Source of the DNA: a bacterium
GTDB lineage: Bacteria > UBP7 > UBA6624 > JBBIMK01
Reading direction: 5' to 3'
Length of the DNA stretch: 32,000 nt
NCBI GenBank assembly: GCA_037444445.1
Contig: JBBIMK010000005.1
Location: 30,001-62,000, forward strand
A program made the position numbers and the translations under genes. Under the pieces are notes generated by a model. The model had not been told where the DNA came from. It saw only the letters and a program-made list of their open reading frames with translations, and did no database searches. Shown here in pieces: positions 24,254 through 31,796 of the stretch (positions are counted from its first letter, which is position 1; each line of letters opens with the position of its first letter).

Positions 24254-24481
24254 ATGGAAATCAGTAACAAGGTAGGTTGGCTCATTATCATTGTGGTGCT
24301 TCTGATTCTGGCATTTGTCCTGTACAAGAGGTATACACCCAAATCAGCGGAAGGACCTTTGCCTGAACCACAGAAGCCTGCTGGAGGAGTTGCCCCTATG
24401 GCACCCACAGGACCAGAGGGTGGTGAGGGGCAAACGGCTCCGGGTGGTGGTGGGATTATTTTCTACTTCCCGGCTGCCTGA
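24254..24481 (+). CDS. Small single-pass membrane protein P1 (75 aa), no recognised family
   Basis: AAGGAGGTG lies 8 nt before ATG 24254 (the ORF-track start 24140 overlaps the upstream gene and has no RBS). MEISNKVGWLIIIVVLLILAFVLYKRYTPKS + Pro/Gly-rich linker + C-terminal GGGGIIFYFPAA. Confidence 0.65.
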   Translation: MEISNKVGWLIIIVVLLILAFVLYKRYTPKSAEGPLPEPQKPAGGVAPMAPTGPEGGEGQTAPGGGGIIFYFPAA

Positions 24482-24511
24482 TAATCCATCGCAACCGAAG
24501 GAGGGGTAAGC

Positions 24512-24724
24512 ATGGACACAAGAACCATCACCTGGATAGTAATCATTATCGTAGTGCTTCTCATTGGATTCTGGGTGTGGAAGAAGTTTTCCACTCGCAC
24601 CCCCCAGCCTCCGCCGCCTGCAGCGGGGAGAAGAGGGCGTCTTGGGAATATGGAGGAAGAAGACATTTTTGGGGGCGAAGATGAGGGGGGATATGTCATT
24701 TACTTCCCCTCTTCCACACGATAA
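24512..24724 (+). CDS. Small single-pass membrane protein P2 (70 aa), paralog of P1
   Basis: GAAGGAGGGG lies 5 nt before ATG 24512. MDTRTITWIVIIIVVLLIGFWVWKKFSTRT + Pro/Gly/acidic linker + EGGYVIYFPSSTR. It shares the octamer IIIVVLLI and the C-terminal (I/V)I(F/Y)YFP motif with P1. Confidence 0.65.
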   Translation: MDTRTITWIVIIIVVLLIGFWVWKKFSTRTPQPPPPAAGRRGRLGNMEEEDIFGGEDEGGYVIYFPSSTR

Positions 24725-24738
24725 GGCAGGGATAGCGA

Positions 24739-24888
24739 ATGGAGATTAACTGGAGATTGATTGGAATTATTGCAGTCATAGCGCTGGCAGGCGTGATTGC
24801 GTATGTATGGTTAAAAGGTGGGGCGGTGAAACCCGACGAAATCCGCCAGCTGAAAGGCGGTGGCGCAGGGGTCGTTCTTATCCAGTAA
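24739..24888 (+). CDS. Small single-pass membrane protein P3 (49 aa), below the ORF-track cutoff
   Basis: My own translation: ATG 24739 ... TAA 24886-24888 gives MEINWRLIGIIAVIALAGVIAYVWLKGGAVKPDEIRQLKGGGAGVVLIQ. The layout matches P1/P2 (short N-terminus, TM helix, basic flank, Gly run, hydrophobic C-terminal strand). The RBS is weaker (AGGCAGGGA). It fills an otherwise unexplained gap. Confidence 0.45.
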   Translation: MEINWRLIGIIAVIALAGVIAYVWLKGGAVKPDEIRQLKGGGAGVVLIQ

Positions 24889-24926
24889 ACACTGAACCAT
24901 CGCCGAAAGAAAGGAGGGAGATAGCG

Positions 24927-25697
24927 ATGAAGAAAAGATATCATGAATTTTATGTGGGAGGGGGAATTCTTCTGGTGCTCGGGGTGATGACTTTATGGAT
25001 AACCCGGAGCGCTCTGGGAGGTGCCGGGGTGGAGAAACCGCCACCGGGGGCATCCGGTGCCCCCTGGATGCGTGCCCATCCCACTCCTTTCCTGGCAGAA
25101 GCAGAAAAACTTAAAGGCAGTTATGAACACGACTACCTCTGGATGGCGGATATTCTGAATAAGGTGGATTTGAGGAAAGACCCCCTGGATTACCGGTATG
25201 ACTATTTTCGGAAGAAACTCTCAGATGTCAAAGAAGGGTTTGGGAAATTAGACCCCTTTGATTATCCGCCGGATTTGCCGGAGGAATTACGCCCCAAAGG
25301 ACCTCAGGTGGAAGAAAGTAAGGAAGCACTCCTCGCCCGGCTCCTTGCAAACTACAAAAGGGACATTATTGCCACGGTGGAAATCCGGGGAGTTTACATC
25401 TTGAATGGGGAGAAGAAGGTGATGATGGGCTTTCGTGGAACCCGCTCCGTGCCTTTTATGACCGGTTTTTATCGGGAAGGCGATACCATCATAGCCTTAG
25501 AGGAAATAGATGTGGTTCCACCGGGACGGTTATTCCGAACCCCTATGGCTGTGTTTGGCACGCTGAGGGTGGACCATATCCAGTCAGGATTTACCACCTT
25601 CAAAGTGGGCGCCTACTATGCTGCCGAACCCCAGAGTATTCGCTGGGACTACATCACCTGCTACCGGACACAGAGTCAGACTTTTAATTGTGAGTGA
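24927..25697 (+). CDS. Membrane-anchored periplasmic protein, PilP/GspC-HR-like by position and C-terminal pattern
   Basis: AAGGAGGGAG lies 6 nt before ATG 24927 (the ORF-track start 24807 lacks an RBS and overlaps P3). N-terminal anchor MKKRYHEFYVGGGILLVLGVMTLWI. The C-terminal segment VEIRGVYILNGEKKVMMGFRGTRSVPFMTGFYREGDTIIALEEIDVV resembles the PilP/GspC homology-region beta-sandwich (x-G-I-x-x-x-G-x-x-x-A-x-I ... Y-x-x-G-D-x-I). The CDS call is solid; the functional call is tentative. Confidence 0.6.
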   Translation: MKKRYHEFYVGGGILLVLGVMTLWITRSALGGAGVEKPPPGASGAPWMRAHPTPFLAEAEKLKGSYEHDYLWMADILNKVDLRKDPLDYRYDYFRKKLSDVKEGFGKLDPFDYPPDLPEELRPKGPQVEESKEALLARLLANYKRDIIATVEIRGVYILNGEKKVMMGFRGTRSVPFMTGFYREGDTIIALEEIDVVPPGRLFRTPMAVFGTLRVDHIQSGFTTFKVGAYYAAEPQSIRWDYITCYRTQSQTFNCE

Positions 25698-25708
25698 AGC
25701 AAGCAGAT

Positions 25709-25750
25709 TTTCCCTCCCGGTTTCACGCAGGAAAAGAAATGGGAGGGAAA
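25709..25750 (+). promoter_or_regulatory. Hairpin that can sequester the Shine-Dalgarno sequence of the NuoN-like gene
   Basis: TTTCCCTCCC (25709-25718) is the perfect reverse complement of GGGAGGGAAA (25741-25750). This gives a 10-bp stem (7 G:C) with a 22-nt loop. The 3' arm is the only SD-like element upstream of the 25759 start. Confidence 0.4.
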
Positions 25751-25758
25751 GATAGAAT

Positions 25759-27369
25759 GTGTCTGTTTTAGATTTTCTAAATCAGTCATTAACGAATCTT
25801 TTTGACTTTATTTCCCGCTCATCTGAGCCACTTCGCCTGTGGATGGACCATATCGTCTGGCAAAATCCGGCGTATTATCTCCTGTTACCGGAAATCTCTC
25901 TCACGATAGTGGGGATTTTCATGATTTTCTTAAATGCCATGCTTTCTGACAGGCGAGCCAAAATCGTGGTGCCCATCGTGGGAATTTCCGTTCAACTTTT
26001 TTCTATCGTTATGACTTATGTGATGATGTACACCACCTCCCGCTACTTTACTTTCGCTCTGGGTCAATTCTGGGGAGGGCTGGAAACAGTAGACCCCTTC
26101 TCCCTCTTCTGGGACCAGATGACGGACTGGACTACCATTGTAGTCATTCTTCTGTCAATGCAGTATCCAGCCGTTGACAGGGTTCGGGGGGAATACTTTG
26201 GAATCCTCACTTTTGCTTCAGCGGCGATTATGTTTATGGCTTCTTCATCGGATGTTTTCGCCATCTACCTGATGACTGAATTTTCCAGCATCACTTTATA
26301 TGTGCTGGTAGGAATGCTAAAAGAGAATCGTTTCAGTAATGAAGCAGTGATGAAATTTTTCCTTGTGGGCTCATTTGCCGGGATTCTGATTCTGTTCGGT
26401 GCGGCGATTCTATATGGGCTGACGGGGACGACGAACCTGTATGACTACAAATTCATCTTCACGAATAATCCCTTGCTCGGACCGGTGGCGGCGCTGGCAC
26501 TGACGCTGGTGGCGGCGGGGATGGGGTTCAAAATCGCTATCGCCCCATTTCACAACTGGGCGCCAGATACTTACGAGGGTGCACCCACCCCCATCACGGC
26601 CTTCATCTCTGTGGCGCCGAAGGTGGGTGGCATCTGCGTCTGGTGCCGATTCTTCCTCCTGGGGCTGGTGGCAATGAAGGGGGAATGGGTTTACCTGGTG
26701 GCGATTCTGTCTGCAGCCACGCTCCTCATTGGCAATCTTGGCGCCCTGCATCAGTTCAACCTCAAACGACTACTGGCTTACTCCAGCATCGCTCATATGG
26801 GGTATGTGCTGATGGGAATTGCCACGGGTGCACTCCAGTATGCTCCCGTATTAGAAACGGATACGGATGGCTTTCGCGCCGCTCTCTTCTATATGTTCGC
26901 CTACCTGTTTTTCAATCTGGGTGCCTTCGCTGTCGTGGTTTTCCTGGAGTCTCAAGGTATCGCACCCGATATGAGAAACTACAAAGGCCTGGTTCAACGC
27001 TCTCCATTGCTGGCATTTCTAATGACCCTGTTTATGCTGGCTCTGGCGGGAATTCCCTTCACATCTGGTTTCATCGCCAAATGGGTGCTGTTTCGTGCCA
27101 TCTTACAGGTGCCCGAACTCCTCTGGCTGGCAGTCCTCGCAGGCGTGCTCACTCTGCTGGCGTTATACTACTACATCAAAATACCATATTATATGTTCTT
27201 CTTCTCACCCGAAGGTGATGCAAAGCCGATGATTCTACCGCCCCTGTATCATCCTCATAGCCTTGCCCTTTTGATTTGCACCGCCGGCGTTTTGCTGATG
27301 TCCATCCTGCCCAAAGTGTTTTACGACTTTGCTTCTAACTCCTATTTCCTCAATTACAACATCTATTAG
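25759..27369 (+). CDS. Proton-conducting antiporter-like membrane subunit (NuoN / NDH-1 subunit N / MrpD family), orphan
   Basis: 536 aa with about 14 TM helices. Signature GMGFKIAIAPFHNWAPDTYEGAPTPITAFISVAPKVGG is typical of NuoN. Conserved charged channel residues appear present (LMTEFSSITLY, AVMKFFLVGSF, GFKIA, SGFIAKWVLF). The start is uncertain: GTG 25759 (11 nt after GGGAGGG) or ATG 25843. Confidence 0.88.
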   Translation: MSVLDFLNQSLTNLFDFISRSSEPLRLWMDHIVWQNPAYYLLLPEISLTIVGIFMIFLNAMLSDRRAKIVVPIVGISVQLFSIVMTYVMMYTTSRYFTFALGQFWGGLETVDPFSLFWDQMTDWTTIVVILLSMQYPAVDRVRGEYFGILTFASAAIMFMASSSDVFAIYLMTEFSSITLYVLVGMLKENRFSNEAVMKFFLVGSFAGILILFGAAILYGLTGTTNLYDYKFIFTNNPLLGPVAALALTLVAAGMGFKIAIAPFHNWAPDTYEGAPTPITAFISVAPKVGGICVWCRFFLLGLVAMKGEWVYLVAILSAATLLIGNLGALHQFNLKRLLAYSSIAHMGYVLMGIATGALQYAPVLETDTDGFRAALFYMFAYLFFNLGAFAVVVFLESQGIAPDMRNYKGLVQRSPLLAFLMTLFMLALAGIPFTSGFIAKWVLFRAILQVPELLWLAVLAGVLTLLALYYYIKIPYYMFFFSPEGDAKPMILPPLYHPHSLALLICTAGVLLMSILPKVFYDFASNSYFLNYNIY

Positions 27370-29272
27370 GACGATACAATCTCGTTTTCAGATAAAGCCT
27401 CACGAGAAAGTTAGAGAGGTTTTCCCTTTTCTGCTTTTTCTGATTCTTCCGCTCACTCTCGGGATGATGGTTCTGTGGAGAGGTGGGGAATCCATACCTG
27501 CTCTTCTCCTCTTCGGGTTGTTGATAAGCGGGCTACTCTTTTCCATTTTTCTTTCTATCCCACTGGATTTTCCTTCGCTTATTCTGGCGGTATTTGCCTT
27601 ATATTTAGCCTTTAATACTTTTTTTACCTCCACCTATTTTCTCAGCAGCTTTCAGGTGTTTTTTTTCTGGTATTTCTCTTTTGTGGTGTATTGGGTTACA
27701 AGGGGGGTGTGGAAGAAGTTGCCAGAGCCTATTTTTGCGGTGCAGATTGCTCTGGACATTCTGGGTGCCAGTGCACTTTTGTCAGGTCTGGTGGGCTTGT
27801 TTGCGCAATGGGGTGGAGGGGATTTCAAAGCCCCTCTGACCGGGACTTTTTACTGGCATAATCCGTATTCTGCTTATATCGGGATGATAGGGTTTCCATT
27901 TCTGGCTCGATTTTTTTCCGTAACTCCCCGGGCACGGGTCAGTTATGCGATAGGGATGGGGCTTTTACTGGTCTGTCTGCTTCTTACCCGTTCACGGGGC
28001 GGACTTCTCACTTTCCTGCTGGCGCTCCTCTACTTCCTGCTCAGGCTACGGAGGAGTCGCCGACCGGAAGGAAAGTGGGTTCCCCTGATGGTGGTGGGAG
28101 GCGGCGTTATGCTGGTTTTCCTGTTCCTCTTACGCCCGGACCTGTGGCTCCCTCTGGTTCAGCGATTTCAACTGGCTCTTCGTGGGGAGGAATCAGTTCT
28201 TGCCCGCCTGGAGTTCTGGGCAGTGGCGTTGAGAATTGCCTGGACTTCTCCACTTTTCGGAACAGGGCTGGGAAACTATGGAGATTTTTTTTCGCATTTC
28301 CAATCCCGCCTGGAGTTCTATACCTCTGACCCTCATAATCTCTTGCTTCAAGTGCTGTCAGAAACAGGTTTGATTGGCTTCCTCCTCTTCATCATTTTCG
28401 TGTTCAGCCTTGCCTATACCTTACTTCGTTCACCTATTCCGGAGGGTTGGGCAGGGCTTTTCAAACTCTCTTTAGAAGCCTCACTACTGGGAGCCTTCGC
28501 CCACTCTTTACTGGACTTTGACTGGACTTTCCCGGCTTTTACTGCGCACTTTTTTTTCTTCGTCGGACTGCTCTCTGTTCTTTCCACCTCCCATTCTGTT
28601 CGCATATCGAAACCTCTCCGAAACGCTGTGGCGGGAAGTCTGACCCTTCTGGCAGTGCTGTGTATGGTATGGATGGCTCGTTATGGCATATCCCGGCTCC
28701 TCTGGGTTCAATCCCAGAAGGCTATGCTTTCTGATAAAATGGAAGTGGCTATGGAAAAAACCCACAGAGCCGTGTCCATTTTTCCTTACGACGCAAGCCT
28801 GTATTTCTGGATGGCTCGGGTGGAATACGAGATGGGAAAAGAGGAGGGATTGAAATATGCGGAGGAAGCAGTTCGCCTTCATCCCATGCAAGCGGGCTAC
28901 CGAAATCTACTGGGAAAATATTTGATTCAGATTGGGGACCTGGATGCAGGGGAGAGGGAACTGCTAACGGCGCTGCGGATGGACTCATATAATCGCCCGG
29001 ACATTTATGTTACCCTCGCCCGTTTCTACCTGCAATCCAATCAACTGGAGAAAGCAGAGGGAATTCTGAATCGGGCTTTGAACCTTTATCCCTTTACTAC
29101 ATCGGAGGAAGTGTTCCGCACCCAGTTGCACTGGCGCGACCTGCGGATGAACGAAGTCATTGCTGAGTTGCATACTCTTCGCGCCATTTTTTTCCTGCGT
29201 AAAGGAAAAGTAGAATGGGCAGAAGAGGAGAGAAAACGAGCAGAACAACTCCTCATAGTGAGTTCGCCTTGA
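27329..29272 (+). CDS. O-antigen ligase-like (Wzy_C family) polytopic membrane protein with C-terminal TPR repeats
   Basis: Wzy_C hallmarks LLLTRSRGGLLTFLLALLYF, FGTGLGNYGDFF, DPHNLLLQVLSETGLIGFLLFI. The C-terminal 200 or so aa have TPR-like repeats (ASLYFWMARVEYEMGKEEGLKYAEEAVRLHP, GYRNLLGKYLIQIGDLDAGERELLTALRMD, IYVTLARFYLQSNQLEKAEGILNRALNLYP). The start is uncertain: TTG 27329 (overlaps the upstream gene by 41 nt) or ATG 27464. Confidence 0.82.
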   Translation: MLLTPISSITTSIRTIQSRFQIKPHEKVREVFPFLLFLILPLTLGMMVLWRGGESIPALLLFGLLISGLLFSIFLSIPLDFPSLILAVFALYLAFNTFFTSTYFLSSFQVFFFWYFSFVVYWVTRGVWKKLPEPIFAVQIALDILGASALLSGLVGLFAQWGGGDFKAPLTGTFYWHNPYSAYIGMIGFPFLARFFSVTPRARVSYAIGMGLLLVCLLLTRSRGGLLTFLLALLYFLLRLRRSRRPEGKWVPLMVVGGGVMLVFLFLLRPDLWLPLVQRFQLALRGEESVLARLEFWAVALRIAWTSPLFGTGLGNYGDFFSHFQSRLEFYTSDPHNLLLQVLSETGLIGFLLFIIFVFSLAYTLLRSPIPEGWAGLFKLSLEASLLGAFAHSLLDFDWTFPAFTAHFFFFVGLLSVLSTSHSVRISKPLRNAVAGSLTLLAVLCMVWMARYGISRLLWVQSQKAMLSDKMEVAMEKTHRAVSIFPYDASLYFWMARVEYEMGKEEGLKYAEEAVRLHPMQAGYRNLLGKYLIQIGDLDAGERELLTALRMDSYNRPDIYVTLARFYLQSNQLEKAEGILNRALNLYPFTTSEEVFRTQLHWRDLRMNEVIAELHTLRAIFFLRKGKVEWAEEERKRAEQLLIVSSP

Positions 29273-30588
29273 TGAATCTCATTTTATCTTTGATGGCTCT
29301 ATTGCTTTATAACCTGATAATATATCTGGCTTTCCCTTTTGTTTTGGTTTACCTGTGGGGGAGGAGAAAGATTTATCCGGATAGAGAATATCTTCTCCAG
29401 AGGGCAGGGAGATACCCGCCGGTGGGTGAGAAAGTGATGTTCTGGATTCACGCAGTGTCTATGGGAGAAGGGCGTGCGGCCGCACCACTTGTCAAAACGC
29501 TCCTGCAAACCGTGCCTCCTTCTTCACTCCTCGTCACCACCTCCACCCCTTCCGGTAAGAAAACCCTCTCTGCTCTTTTCCCTGAATTATCCGTGATTTA
29601 TTCACCCATTGACCTGTTTCCCTGCCCCTTGCTGTTCCTGAAACACTATCGTCCCCGCCTGCTTCTGCTGGTAGAAACGGAGTTCTGGCCCAATCTAATC
29701 GTGTTTTCTAAGGTCTATGGCGTGAAGATTTTCCTGGTTAATGGGAGAATCTCAGATAGAACTCTTGGGGCAAGAAATCCCTGGAGATTCCTCCTTCGTC
29801 AACTGCTACGACATTTCACTCTTTTCCTGATGCGGAGTGAAGAAGATGCACGGAGAATCGCCTCTCTGGGTGCTGACCCGCAGAAGATTCAAGTGGTAGG
29901 GGATATGAAATACGAGGTGCCCCGTGATGGCGTGGAGGAAACGGTAGAGCATCTTTTAAGTTTGTATCCTTTTCTCAAAGGGAAGAAAATCATTACCGCC
30001 GGGAGCACTCACGCGGGTGAAGAAGAGATTTTACTGCAAGCCTTTCAAGAGGTCCGGCACAGATTTCCCCAGGCTGTGCTGATTCTGGCACCCCGACACC
30101 CGGAAAGAGCTTCTGAAATCCTCTCTCTGGCACACGCCACGGGATTTCGCATTCTCCAGCGGAGTGCTAACCTGTCCGATTCTTCCCAGGAGCAGGGAAA
30201 GAATTCTTTTCCAGCCATTTTACTTCTGGATACTGTAGGAGAGTTGTTGAGCGCCTACGCTCTGGCAGATGTGTGCGTGGTGGGAGGGAGTTTCATTTCT
30301 CGGGGGGGTCATAATCCACTGGAGCCGGCATCTTTTCAGAAGCCCGTGTTATTCGGACCTTCTATGGAGAACTTTCGGGAATCCGCATCCCTGCTACTGA
30401 ATGAGGGAGGAGCCCGATGCATCCAGAGTGCCTCGGCACTTTCCACCACACTCCTGACTTTACTCTCCCAGCCGGAGACCCTTCAAGAAATGGGGGAAAA
30501 GGCCTTTCGCTCCGTATCCCGTTATCAGGGCGCTTCACGGAGAATCCTACAAGAATTACAGGTTTATTTATCGGGGGGTCCGGGATGA
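29272..30588 (+). CDS. waaA: 3-deoxy-D-manno-octulosonic acid (Kdo) transferase
   Basis: Start ATG 29272 shares one nt with the upstream stop TGA (29270-29272). N-terminal anchor MNLILSLMALLLYNLIIYLAFPF. Motifs FWIHAVSMGEGRAAAPLVKTL and VVGGSFISRGGHNPLEPASFQKPVLFGPSMENF are characteristic of KdtA/WaaA. Confidence 0.9.
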   Translation: MNLILSLMALLLYNLIIYLAFPFVLVYLWGRRKIYPDREYLLQRAGRYPPVGEKVMFWIHAVSMGEGRAAAPLVKTLLQTVPPSSLLVTTSTPSGKKTLSALFPELSVIYSPIDLFPCPLLFLKHYRPRLLLLVETEFWPNLIVFSKVYGVKIFLVNGRISDRTLGARNPWRFLLRQLLRHFTLFLMRSEEDARRIASLGADPQKIQVVGDMKYEVPRDGVEETVEHLLSLYPFLKGKKIITAGSTHAGEEEILLQAFQEVRHRFPQAVLILAPRHPERASEILSLAHATGFRILQRSANLSDSSQEQGKNSFPAILLLDTVGELLSAYALADVCVVGGSFISRGGHNPLEPASFQKPVLFGPSMENFRESASLLLNEGGARCIQSASALSTTLLTLLSQPETLQEMGEKAFRSVSRYQGASRRILQELQVYLSGGPG

Positions 30589-31793
30589 AGGCAGAATCTT
30601 TTGAGCAGGCGGTTCAACGGCCTCGCAGTCCTACTTTTCTTCCCTTTTTTAAGCCCGGGATAGGAAAGGAGGAGGAAGCGGAAGTTCTGGGGGTATTACG
30701 GTCAGGGTGGTTGACCACGGGAGAGAGGGTTCAGCATTTTGAACAGGAATTGCGAAAATATCTGGGGGGTCAAGAGGTTTTTGCGGTTTCCTCCTGCACC
30801 GCCGCTCTTCACCTGGCTCTGGATATTCTGAATGTCCAGCCTGGAGATGAAGTGCTGACCACGCCATTCACTTTCGCATCCACGGTGAATGTGATTTTGC
30901 ATCGGGGTGCAACGCCGGTGTTCGTAGATATATCACCGGATGACTTGAATCTGGATGTTTCGCAAATCCCTGCCCGCATCACACCCAGAACCCGGGTGCT
31001 TCTACCGGTTCATTTCTCGGGCTATCCAGCCCGGATGGATGACCTGCTTTCTATGGCGAAAAAGCAGTCTCTCGTGGTGGTGGAAGATGCCGCTCACGCC
31101 TTCGGTGCTCAATATGACGGCAAGGCCATCGGCACTTTTGGGCATCTCACCTGCTTTTCCTTTTATGTCAATAAGAATCTCACCACCGGAGAGGGAGGTG
31201 CCATAGCCACGAACAGGAAAAAGTGGGGGGAAGCATTGCGGATTCGCCGCAATCACGGAATGTCCGCCTCCGCTTATGAGCGGGAGGGCGGTCCCCCCGG
31301 GTTCGGATACGATGTCCTCTATCCGGGATATAAATACAATCTTTCCGATTTACATGCCGCCATAGGAATTCATCAACTCCAGCGTTTTTCATCTTTCCAG
31401 GCCCGAAGGAAAGCCCTCGCCAGCCTGTATACCCGCTCGTTTCAAACCTTTCCCGGGATTACCCTGCCATTTCGCGATCTCTCCCGTCACCAAACTTCCT
31501 GGTATCTTTATGTTATCCTTTTGAATCTGGAGGAACTGACCGTAGACCGGGATGAATTTATGAGGCTATTGCGGGATGAGAATGTGGGGTCGGCAGTTCA
31601 CTATAAGCCAGTTCACCTATTTCGGTTTTATCGGAAAGCCCTCCCTTACAGAGAAGGAGACTTTCCCGTGGCAGAATCGGTCTATCGGCGAATTCTTTCC
31701 CTTCCACTCTATCCTATGATGACCGAGGAAGATGCGATGAATGTGGTAGGTGCTGTGGCGAGGGTCATAAAGCGAACCCTCCGAAGGAAATAG
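30585..31793 (+). CDS. DegT/DnrJ/EryC1/StrS-family PLP-dependent sugar aminotransferase (ArnB-like N-terminus)
   Basis: ATG 30585 overlaps the waaA stop as ATGA. FLPFFKPGIGKEEEAEVLGVLRSGWLTTGERVQHFEQEL, VVEDAAHAFGAQYDGKAIGTFG, and the PLP-lysine motif FSFYVNKNLTTGEGGAI. Confidence 0.9.
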   Translation: MKAESFEQAVQRPRSPTFLPFFKPGIGKEEEAEVLGVLRSGWLTTGERVQHFEQELRKYLGGQEVFAVSSCTAALHLALDILNVQPGDEVLTTPFTFASTVNVILHRGATPVFVDISPDDLNLDVSQIPARITPRTRVLLPVHFSGYPARMDDLLSMAKKQSLVVVEDAAHAFGAQYDGKAIGTFGHLTCFSFYVNKNLTTGEGGAIATNRKKWGEALRIRRNHGMSASAYEREGGPPGFGYDVLYPGYKYNLSDLHAAIGIHQLQRFSSFQARRKALASLYTRSFQTFPGITLPFRDLSRHQTSWYLYVILLNLEELTVDRDEFMRLLRDENVGSAVHYKPVHLFRFYRKALPYREGDFPVAESVYRRILSLPLYPMMTEEDAMNVVGAVARVIKRTLRRK

Positions 31794-31796
31794 AGC

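Noticed and set aside
24254-24888. P1-P3 as Flp/Tad-type pilins
   Set aside because: They lack a G/xxxxEY-type prepilin processing motif or any Gly-hydrophobic cleavage site before the helix. The helix starts within 8 residues of the N-terminus, and basic residues follow the helix rather than precede it.
26643-27218. 191-aa plus-strand alternative-frame ORF inside the NuoN-like gene
   Set aside because: The NuoN frame carries unmistakable family signatures. The alternative frame is Arg/Gly/Cys-rich with no features.
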